Shown piece by piece: positions 9,510 to 18,516 of a stretch of DNA of 20,000 bases. Under the pieces are notes generated by a model. It worked only from the letters and a program-made list of their open reading frames with translations, was not told the origin of the DNA and searched no databases. The translations under genes were made by a program, and so were the position numbers. Position 1 is the first letter of the stretch. Each line of letters opens with the position of its first letter. This DNA is from Folioceros fuciformis (lineage: Eukaryota): positions 234,460 to 254,459 of the forward strand of contig JBNGIO010006345.1 of NCBI GenBank assembly GCA_049999805.1, in the 5' to 3' direction.

Positions 9510-9587
9510 GAAGCCTCTAGCATGGTCGTGCTTTGGTCCTGTCCTTCCGAAGCCTCTAGCATGGTCGTGCTTTGGTCCTGTCCTTCC
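9510..9587. repeat. Perfect 39-bp tandem duplication (x2)
   Basis: GAAGCCTCTAGCATGGTCGTGCTTTGGTCCTGTCCTTCC starts at 9510 and at 9549. The paralogous region at ~2030-2070 has a single copy. Confidence 0.95.
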
Positions 9588-9826
9588 CCATTTTGGGTGC
9601 CCTACTGCGGGAATGTGAACCAACTGCATGTAGGGCGTCCATCGGCATGAACTCTATCACTGATGTCGGCCACTTCAGTAGTTCAAGGTGCCAAATGCAG
9701 GACCTGGAACCAAGAGGAAAAGGAAAGGTTACCGTGACAACAGGTCTGCACCCTGTTGTGAGCTCACATGCTAGGCGCAGAAGGCTGCAAGCAACGCACT
9801 ATGGTCATCAACATGAGGGTTACTCG

Positions 9827-11288
9827 CTAGTTCCTGAGAATATTCTCGGACAGTCCCATCAGAGCCTCAATGCTGTCGTCCGAGAATTTCCTGGCAAACA
9901 CATGAACCCCACCCCTATTGTACTGCAGAAATGTGATAAGCTCCCAGCGCACCTCCTCCTTGGTGTAGGTTTTAGGATGAGACCCTTCAGCTTGCTGCCA
10001 ATCTACAGACGTCAGAGTAAAGGGATTTGTCCCGTTTGGATCCTCTATGGCAAGGACAGTAGGGAAGTAGTGCTCCTCGGGGAAGCAGGAGGAAGGATCG
10101 TAGCAGGGAAGATTGAATTTCGGCCAATACTTGTTGTCCCGCACGAACAAGAGGGCGTGCCTCCGGATCAGAACCAAGAACTGGGACCCTACTCTGAACT
10201 GGGAAAATTCCACCTCTGGAAGCATGGCATATTCGCCCCTCACCGTGTACCTGCAACACTACCAGTTCTCAGAAAAATACATATTTCATCCCAGTACGTG
10301 CGGAGGATTCGAGCTGCCAATCCCTTGGCAGCTCCATTTGCAAGGGATTCCAGCTGGACAAGCCCGGCAGAGACAGAAATAAAAAAACATCCAGGTGGGG
10401 TGTACCATGTGTGGCAAAAATGTGATACCTGCTCCAGAGATGTACAGAGTCGCTCGTTTGCTCCACGAAGCTCTTGTTGGATGAGGTTAGCAGGTTGTAA
10501 ACATGCTGGAATCCTCGGATAGGAATGCAATGTTCGGAGAGGAGAGCAAAATATTCGTTCATGGGATCATCAAGCAGAGCATTCGCCAACAGTCGGCGAG
10601 TGGCCGCAATCAGAAGAGCCGTTGCTCGCTCCGTGGTGTCACTTGGGATGAAGCGGCCCCCGAAGTGATCGTCATCCGTTTTCTTGCCCAACACATTCAC
10701 TCCAGGGAGAGGCCAGGCGTGCACGTACACATTGAACAAGTGTTCATTGCCCGCAAAGAATGCGTTCCACAGCCGGGCAAACGGGAGCGATCCCTGCGTC
10801 AAAAACATGAAGGCAATCTTCGGCCTGATCCGCACGGACTGACCTTTCACTACACCTGAAGATTTCCCTCTCTCCAGCTGCTGCTTACAGTACTCCCTGT
10901 GCGTCGATCGGAGATAATCCTCCACATACTGCCCACCAAAACCCCATTTGCCGGATCTAGCGATCTCCTCAGCAGGAGTTGGGTTCTCCAGAAGCATCCG
11001 GTACGAGGCTACAGTGTTCCCAGCTCGCTCCAGCAACTCCTCATCTGGCCAATTGTGAAACAACGTAGCTCCTCGCTCCTCCAGAACCAGATCCGCCAAG
11101 CACTTCGTGTCAAACCGGAAATTCCGGATCTGGGATGTATCCGTCCCGATCATCAGCCAGCCGTTTCCATAAGGGGCCATAATTTGCATCACCATGAACA
11201 CGGAAAGCAACAGAGCCGGGCTGCAGACAAGGAATCCTCGCAAAGAGGAGCTGATCGCCAGTGCACGGGCCACATCCGAATTCCCCAT
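9827..11288 (-). CDS. Core-2/I-branching beta-1,6-N-acetylglucosaminyltransferase-family (DUF266, GT14-like/BC10-like) type II membrane glycosyltransferase; join(11288..10429,10250..9827), 427 aa
   Basis: N-terminal hydrophobic anchor (FLVCSPALLLSVFMVMQIM). Family motifs: PKIAFMFLT, LPFARLW..FF.G, VYVHA, RRLLANALLDDP.N.YFALLSEHCIP, MLPEV....FRVGSQF.VL.RRHA, CFPEEHYFPT, TLT.VDW, HP.TY and FARKFS. Removing the 178-nt GT-AG intron gives LWSR|YTVRGEYAMLPEV and a 1284-nt open frame. The first in-frame ATG is at 11288 (track start 11309 is TTG, with a stop just upstream). Confidence 0.93.
10251..10428 (-). other. Spliceosomal intron (178 nt) of the DUF266 gene
   Basis: AG|GTATCA donor at 10428 and TGTTGCAG|G acceptor at 10251. 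Splicing restores the frame between the two track ORFs. Confidence 0.88.
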
Positions 11289-11595
11289 GGAAATTTGCTT
11301 CACATTCAAGATCGCCTACCTTCAATGCACATTCTCCTACGGCGTGACCGCTCGCACGCGGGCAACAAGCCAGTTGTTTGGCTGCCATCGTCGGAGCTAG
11401 ATGAGCGCGTCTTCCACAGATATCACCGCAGGTAAGCACGGGCTGCGCACGACCTTCCCGCGTTCCGAGAATCTCTCAAGAAATTCCATTCTCTCAAGAA
11501 ATTCCAGTGACTTGGTGAATCGCACGCAAAAGCTAGTGTCCCCGGGCCCCCAAATGGATGGGATCCATGCCACCTTCTAAACCGGAGATGGACTG

Positions 11596-11601
11596 TTTAT
11601 A
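11596..11601 (-). promoter_or_regulatory. Candidate TATA box of the DUF266 gene
   Basis: CTATAAAC on the minus strand, about 310 nt upstream of the ATG. The motif is the only evidence. Confidence 0.3.
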
Positions 11602-13170
11602 GCGAACCCTAAACAAAACAGGGTTTATGTGCGGGATGGATAGAAATTGACGCTTTCGATAACACTATGTACAGTGTACATATCAGGCGGTGAAACCAGA
11701 TCTACCTGAAACCCATATCACCTTGGATGAAACTGGTCAGGCTCTCTACCTGACGACCTGTTGCGTCTTGAAAGCTGAAGAGCATGCGCCCATATTCCAT
11801 ATCCGATTCGGCCTGTCTCGCCAGCCTAATCTTCATCTTCATCCACCTCCTCCTTCCCTTTCCTTCCCTAGGTACGCTTGTTCAAGATACATACACTGCA
11901 AGCATGCGCGTACAACTTCAAGCTTCTCCCACTTGTGCCCATGAATATGGGTAAAAGTACATCGTATGCTGTCGAAGATTGACGCAGCTGCCGTCCACGG
12001 CTGATTCAGCAAGATCATTCGTGGACGCTAATCCACCAGGGAAACCAGAACGGCCGGAGCCGAAGCATCATGACTGAACTTAGGAGCAGGGGCTGGTACC
12101 GGATTTGCCTTGTTCTCCTGCACCACAAGCTTGCGAATACTTAGTTGACCCCGCAGTCAGTCGAAGCATCTTGTCTGAAATTGTAGGGGAGTAGTGGTGG
12201 CCTCTCCAGCAATGTCAGAAGCTGTGCCGTGGACAGTTAGCTTCAGAGCAAATCAAACTTCAACATCATGTTGGCACAGTTGCAGCATAGAGCAGTACAG
12301 TATGTAGTTCAATGGCAAGATGGGCCAGGGTAAGGAAGGTAGACCAGGATATGAATGCCTTGCTGACGTGAGGCAGAATATGCTTACCTTTAGAATCAGC
12401 CCAAATCGTCGGAGTCTGATCAGATCGCACAAGGCAAAAACAAATTCACCATGAAGAATAGACATGACCAGAATACATCACATTGGTCCTTGCAGAAGGA
12501 AAGTATGGAATACCGTTACCGAGAACTGACATGGCATAATACATTTTAGGGTTCCGCATACGGTCTATGCTTTTCGCCTTTACAAACATTGACTGCATCG
12601 GCAGGCTGCGGCCATAGGGGCATGATCCCGATTTGGCCATCACCGACTTGGACGCTTTTTCTTTTGACACATCGTCCTACTCGTGGAACGAGGGGGAACG
12701 TGGAGCGTGGAGCCCTCTAAAGCAAGGTGAGGGAAAACTTGGCATTCTCCGTTTGTGGGTGAACTTGAGAACATCACCCACGTCACGATTCTCCACGGGA
12801 AGATCTTGTGTTTTTGCGATTCGTTAGCTATGGAATACCCATATGGACATAAGGTCATAAGGTTTTGTTTTTCAATTTGATGTTTTAATCAATAGTCTAT
12901 GGCATCTCCCACATATGGATTTTAGGCTCCATGTTACATTTCAAGCTGCCACATGGTATGGACTTTGTTTTCTTGTGTCATTGCCCCTTCAATAGACTGG
13001 TCAAGAACAATGAAGAATCTTGTATGGTCCATAACTTTGATTCTTCTCTGTATACAATCTTTTCTGGTCCATACCTTTCTTTCTTGTGGGGGGTCCAATG
13101 TTTGCGGAGGAAGACTTGCAGATGGCCTTCTAGATTACCTAAGGAACCCTACACCCTGAGTGAGCATAGT

Positions 13171-13385
13171 GCTGAATGCAGTCTCAAATTGCCTTGGAGG
13201 TGCTGGGTTTAGAGCTGAATGCAGTCTCAAATTGCCTTGGAGGTGTTGGGTTCAGAGCTGAATGCAGTCTCAAATTGCCTTGGAGGTGCTGGGTTCATAG
13301 CTGAATGCAGTCTCAAATTGCCTTGGAGGTGCTGGGTTCAGAGCTGAATGCAGTCTCAAATTGCCTTGGAGGTGTTGGGTTCAGA
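13171..13385. repeat. 43-bp minisatellite, 5 near-identical copies
   Basis: GCTGAATGCAGTCTCAAATTGCCTTGGAGGTGYTGGGTTCAGA starts at 13171, 13214, 13257, 13300 and 13343. Confidence 0.97.
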
Positions 13386-14451
13386 TTGCCTAGCAGCTGG
13401 TGGTTCCATGTCATACGAGCAAGTAAGAGGTGCAGGGGTATTTGAGGATGGCGAGGTAGTTGGATTGGAGGTTGCAGGCACCCTAAAACCTTGCAAGCTA
13501 AGCGGAACTTGTAGATTGCTATTGTAAACTATGTTGCCCTTGTATATTGGCCCAATATAGTGCGATGAATTGGCACATTGGCATGTAGACTACGGCGACG
13601 TTGCAAATTATCCCTTCATTGTGCGTCGCACACTGCGTTGTAGATGGAACATGTAGAGTGTGTTATCATTGGTCCATGTTCACTGCATTATATATTGTCC
13701 ATGCAAAATTGCCATGCCACTTGCCCACCAGATAGTCTTGCATATTGCAAATGACTATGAGTGTCACTCTCACACACCTTGGAGTGAGCAGCTACAGGGA
13801 GGGATTGGAGGGTTTGATTTCAACTAAGGGTATATGCACTTGGGCTTGCAAATGTCCTCAGGGGTTTCAAGAGTAGTGTGCAAGTGCTAACTCTAGTTGT
13901 AGATGTCCTTGTAGATAGCAGGTCCAGATTATCTCTCAAATGGCCTTGCATCGTGCGGTTGTAACTAACAAGTGCAACCTGCATGTCAGGATTGCATATG
14001 TAGGTTGCCTTGGAGGGTGTGGTGGCAGTTTGCTTTGTTGTGTGCATTGCATATTCCACGCTGCACATAGTCCTCTAAGTGTAGGTTGTGGATTCCCTTG
14101 GTGCAAGGCTTGCGGAACCTTTGGACATTGCATTGCACATAAGACAATATCCAATGTAGTTGTAGAAGCCCTTGCAAAATGCTTCCCACCTTGGCTTTCA
14201 TATGCCCTTGTAACTTACAAGTGCTTTCTAGGTTGCATGTATGTATTATAGTTGCAACCCTAAGCCTTCCACAACATTCCGTGTGTTGTACAAGCCTTGT
14301 AGGTTGCCCGAGACAATGTGTATGCAAAGGGATTTGGAGGGCATGAACTTCCTTCCCGATATGTATCGACTTCACTTGGTTTTAAGGATGTTTTGTAGAG
14401 AGTTCAGGAGCAGGGTGGAGCCATTGAGGGTGTACCTGCAGCCATGGACAA

Positions 14452-14722
14452 AGGAGGCCACTCCATGGGTGTGGAGCAGCATTTGCCTTTTGCGGTCTTT
14501 TGTATTAGTGTGAAGTCTTCCTGTAAGGGCTCATGGAGTCTATGATTTTGCCTGTAATCCATTGTTGGACCATGTAGCCCTCAAAGGAGGAGGCCACTCC
14601 ATGGGTGTGAAGCAACATTTGCCTTTTGCGGTCTTTGTAGTAGTGTGAAGTCTTCCGGTAAGGGCTCATGGAGTCCATGATTTTGCCCGTAATCCATTGT
14701 TGGGCCATGTAGCCCTCAAAGG
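14452..14722. repeat. ~135-bp tandem duplication (x2)
   Basis: AGGAGGCCACTCCATGGGTGTG...CATGTAGCCCTCAAAGG starts at 14452 and at 14588, with scattered substitutions and a 1-nt indel. Confidence 0.93.
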
Positions 14723-14890
14723 CTTGGAATAAAGAGTTCATGTTTTCATTCCCCCCACTGTATGGTTCCATACCCGTTGCCTTTCTGTAGTAGAAGGTGT
14801 TGCAAGACCATCGTTGCATGGAGTGAGATGGACCTGGTTGGCTGTGACCCTTTGGCCATGACCCTTCCCTCAAGAAGGAGGTGATCAAGA

Positions 14891-15045
14891 GCATGCTAAC
14901 TTGGTTTCCATTAGACGGTGCCCTCAAACCCTAAAAACTATAGAGATCATGTGAGATAAGAAATATAATGTTCTTTGCGGTGGGAGAGAAAGAGAAAAGG
15001 CATGCTAACTTGGTTTCCATGAGACTGTGCGCTCGAACCCTAAAA
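14891..15045. repeat. ~46-bp direct repeat pair ending in a telo-box-like AACCCTAAAA
   Basis: GCATGCTAACTTGGTTTCCAT.AGAC.GTGC.CTC.AACCCTAAAA starts at 14891 and at 15000. Confidence 0.85.
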
Positions 15046-15307
15046 CCCATAGTGATTGTGTCCGGAAAGAAATATAATGTCCTTGGTAGTGGGTGTCGGG
15101 TGATTGGATGGCCACATAGGGAGAGTAGCAAGGTGAATCTCACTTGTAGCATGTTTTTTTTAGTTTTTAAATAAACTGTCCATGTTTATTTGTGACATGC
15201 ATAAAGTTGTTGAGATTAGGTTTTTTAATAGATTCATCTATTCATTTTTCCATCATTTAAGGGGCAAGAGCAAGAGGTTGACGCCAGAAAATCCATGTTC
15301 TGGACGG

Positions 15308-15600
15308 AATTGGATTACAATTGGGAACGATGAGCAACGAAAACAGCAAGCTTGCGTTGGAATCGGATGACAATGTGTGAAAGAAGAATGACGAACGCAG
15401 CAAACTTGCCTTGAAATTAGATTGCAATTTGTGAAAGAAAAATGTCGAAGGCAGGAAGCTTGCCTTGGAATTGGATCACAATTTGAGAGAGGGAACGACG
15501 ACAGAAGGCAGTTTGCCTTGGGATTGTATCACAAATGCGAAAGAAAACGTGCAAAGCAGCAAGCTTGCCTTGCAATTTGATTACACTTGAGCAACGACGT
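15308..15600. repeat. Degenerate 52-54-bp tandem array (~5.5 units)
   Basis: A core GCAAGCTTGCCTTGGAATTGGATYACAA recurs, with unit starts near 15308, 15361, 15415, 15469, 15522 and 15574. Confidence 0.85.
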
Positions 15601-15675
15601 CGAGGCTGTGCATACATAGTGGTGCGCTAGAGCTGCAGTGTGCGCAAGGCCTGCTACCCCGGCTTTACACGTCGA

Positions 15676-16119
15676 TCAAGGACCTTGCTTGCAATCGGAG
15701 TCCCCACGCGCGACAACCATGACGCTGCACATCTCAGCCAAATAGGACAAGCTGTCAAAAATTTCCTCCTCTGCAGTAGCTCCTCTTGCGTATGTGAATC
15801 TTGCACTTGCAGCCTCGAATTCCCGGCAGAGTTCCTGACAAGTAGCCTTCATAGGCGCGTTTCCCTTCCACCCGGCGGTACTCACTGCCTTAGCCCCTGC
15901 GGCTGCTCCGGATCCAGATAGTAATCCGGGACGCGAGGAAACCTTTCTTGGGAAGCGCAAGCGGACGAGCCGTCCACCGCGCCTCGGTGGCCGGAATCCT
16001 TTGAGCAGATCATGCAGCGAGCAGTTGCAGTGGCGATGGTAAGGCCCGTGATTGGAGCTCACACAACTCAAGGCGCTGGAGAAGATGGAGCCAGGATTCA
16101 CGCCTCCAGTTAGAGCCAT
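15676..16119 (-). CDS. Uncharacterised small plant protein with PYHRxCxCxLH motif (147 aa if single exon)
   Basis: ATG in a good context (GCCATGG). MALTGG...IFSSALSC...GPYHRHCNCSLHD resembles the plant family of unknown function with N-terminal ..F.GxIS.....RRPYHRNCxCALH, followed by a basic, Ser-rich tail. The C-terminal extent is uncertain. Confidence 0.6.
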   Translation of the reverse strand: MALTGGVNPGSIFSSALSCVSSNHGPYHRHCNCSLHDLLKGFRPPRRGGRLVRLRFPRKVSSRPGLLSGSGAAAGAKAVSTAGWKGNAPMKATCQELCREFEAASARFTYARGATAEEEIFDSLSYLAEMCSVMVVARGDSDCKQGP

Positions 16120-17953
16120 GGCCTAGTCCTCCAGCAAACAGCCTCTCTAACCACCGGATGCGCAGTGGTCACAAGGATGCCATGCATCCGACCGCATCCG
16201 CTCACAGTGCCTCTTGCATCCTGTCCTCGAGGTGCGTTCCTGCTAGAGACGCAGGGCGTATAAGCAGACTTCTTGGCATCCTACACGGCTTTCGCAATTG
16301 CGCAAGGCTCTACCGTGACCGTCAATCCAGTGCCGCACTGCTCTGTCTGCCGTCTTCATGAAGTAATTCCTGGAGTAGAATCTTGCGGGCTGTTGCTGAT
16401 GGGAGCTGTCACGCTGCAGTTCCATTTAAGATGCCAGGCCTTCAAGAGCAGAGCAAGGACCTGCAGTGCCGTATGCTTCTGGTAGCGGAGGTAGGTGGCG
16501 GAAACGACAGAGTTCGAGGGGAGATGGAAGTGTTTCCAAGCCCGGGGCAGGCGAGAGCAGCGAACAAGTGCAGTCACAGCTAGCGAAGTGACCAAAGAGA
16601 AACCAGTTGACCACAGACGTGTCCGGGAACCCGACAGAACGAGACAGACAGCATGAGACAGAAAAGTGAGCTCATGCATTCGTCGCTTCCTTGCAAGATA
16701 CAAAACGTCAATTCAAATGCAAGTTGTTCTGTAATCTGCACTCTTTCTGCTGTTGCGCCACACTCTTTAAGCATCGCAGATTGTAGTGATGCATGCACTT
16801 GCAACGCGTTGGTTGTTGGTGGGACTCGGGATTGTGCCCCGTCACGCTCTGAGAGCCCCGCCAGGTCTAGGCAACGACGTATGTGGGCGACGCACTTGCG
16901 TTCGTGCCCTTTCCTTGGAATGGTTTTTTATTCTGGTGGGACACACGGCCTTCTTAGAATACAGTGAGGTCGAAGGAGAACCTCTGTTGCTATCGCTATA
17001 CGGCGTGAGGTGAACTTATGTGCAGGGCTGATTGGCTCATTTCGGTGCCCTGCTCCCGCGGAGCGTCTTCTGTTCAGAGCTGCCACATCATCAGGAATGA
17101 TGAAGGATATGCCATGTCTGAGTTCTGCGGTTGGGGTTGAGCTCTTCGCTAGTCACACATGTCATCAGGTTATGTGTTTTGGAGGTTAGTCGCCATGCTT
17201 CGAAATCCGAGCTGCGGATGGGCCCGGGCGCAAGCCTGAGCACAACTTTAAGGGATCTTCCTAGCCATCGTCTTCACAGCTCTAGACCGCCCGTTTCAAC
17301 CACTTCCAGGTTTGTCCTTCATCCACCCTGGAAGTTTAGTGATGATCCAGCAGAGGTATTTCCATGATGTCCTCCTTGAGGCTGAGATGGTTGACACATA
17401 TGTGTGCTGCTTAGCAATGTCATGGCTTACCAGCAGAGGGAGGAGAAGGAGGAGATGAAATCTTTGGTTTGAAGCAGCATGGCCGGCCTTCCTTCTGTTG
17501 TCCTTCCATCTCACGCTGTCTGGGATGCCTTGCCTGTATTTGGCAGACGTGCGACTCACTCATTCACGTACACGCCGCGTGCAGGATAATTATGTATGTA
17601 CCTACGTTTCCATTGTGCTCACGCGGTTTCATGTCACAGCTGGAAGTAGGCACCAGAACCAGAAGCATTTGCATCTGCTCTTCTTCTCTTCCCTCTTCCT
17701 CACCTCTTGTTTTCTCTGTGGCGTGGCTGGTGTGGCGGGGAAATCAAGAAGTGCTGACACTGGAGTATGGAATACCAAACAGGAAAGAGAGTATTCACCA
17801 CAATGCTGAGAGTCGGGAGTCCGCTGTGGGTCCCCAAACTACCGCAACCCCCCTTCCCGAAGGAGACATCTAGGGGCTTACAGCGACATGGCGCAGGACA
17901 TCTTCGGTTTCGCGTAACTTCTACCAGCAGTTTTTTTGTGCAAACCATGGAAC

Positions 17954-18155
17954 GCGAACGCATTTGGGCTCTCCAGTAATGCGTATGCGCTGCGAACGCG
18001 CTTGGACTCTCCAGTAATGCGCATGCGCTGCGAACGCGATTGGACTCTCCAGTAACGCGCATGCGCTGCGAACGCGCTTGGACTTCTAGTAATGCGTATG
18101 CGCTGCGAACGAGCCTGGAATCTCCACTAACGCGCAGCACTGCGAACTCACTTGC
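17954..18155. repeat. CpG-rich 38-bp minisatellite (~5.3 copies)
   Basis: GCGAACGCGCTTGGACTCTCCAGTAATGCGYATGCGCT starts at 17954, 17992, 18030, 18068, 18105 and (partial) 18142. Confidence 0.95.
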
Positions 18156-18343
18156 CTCTAGCCACACTCACCCTCGCGTTTGGGTTTGAGGTTCGCTCCC
18201 CCGCGGCGTGGCTTCCCCGTTGAATTCGATGGCCACAGGCAGGATGCAGATTTGATGCGGCTTGGACGTCAAGGAGTGTGCCTTGGGCGTCAAGCGGCCC
18301 CGTGGCTTCAGAGGGTCTGAGGCTCAAAGTTCATCCCCTGTCC

Positions 18344-18516
18344 TATTAAATTGAAGATGGATATGTGTTTTCATTGAGTGTCGGGATAGTTACAATATTG
18401 AGCGTTCATTTGCGTCCTTAATCTATGCAGGGTACTACGTGAAGAGGTATGTCTGTTGGTTGATGCCTCTTGGATGAAGAGCTGCTGGTGACGGGTCTTG
18501 GACTGTCACTCCATTA
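18344..18516 (-). mobile_element. Candidate short 3' LTR of the copia element
   Basis: Directly follows the PPT-like GAGCGGGAG (18525-18517). It begins TAATGGAG, contains TGTAAC and AATGAAA, and ends ..TTTAATA at 18344 (alternatively ..CTTCA at 18352). The partner LTR lies outside the window. Confidence 0.4.

Larger units (their letters stand above)
12840..15290. mobile_element. Unclassified old TE-like relic (CpG-depleted, TG/CA-rich) with internal tandem repeats
   Basis: Sharp compositional shift from the flanks, no intact recognisable ORF, and three internal duplications. No TIR or LTR was identified. Boundaries are approximate. Confidence 0.3.

Noticed and set aside
10243..10430. Apparent frameshift between ORFs 10269-11309 and 9827-10243, suggesting a pseudogene
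   Set aside because: It is fully explained by a canonical 178-nt GT-AG intron that restores the frame.
9572..11435. Long plus-strand ORFs (316, 118 and 178 aa)
   Set aside because: They are antisense shadows of the DUF266 CDS and show no recognisable protein features.
11940..12250. Protein-like minus-strand frame (..LSIRKLVVQENKANPVPAPAP..)
   Set aside because: It contains stops and I could not assign it to any family, so it is left unannotated.
13171..13385. CRISPR-like regular 43-bp repeats
   Set aside because: The units are contiguous and near-identical with no unique spacers, there are no cas genes, and the context is eukaryotic. This is a minisatellite.
15308..15600. CRISPR-like repeat/spacer alternation
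   Set aside because: The variable segments are homologous to each other, the repeats are degenerate, and there is no cas gene or leader.
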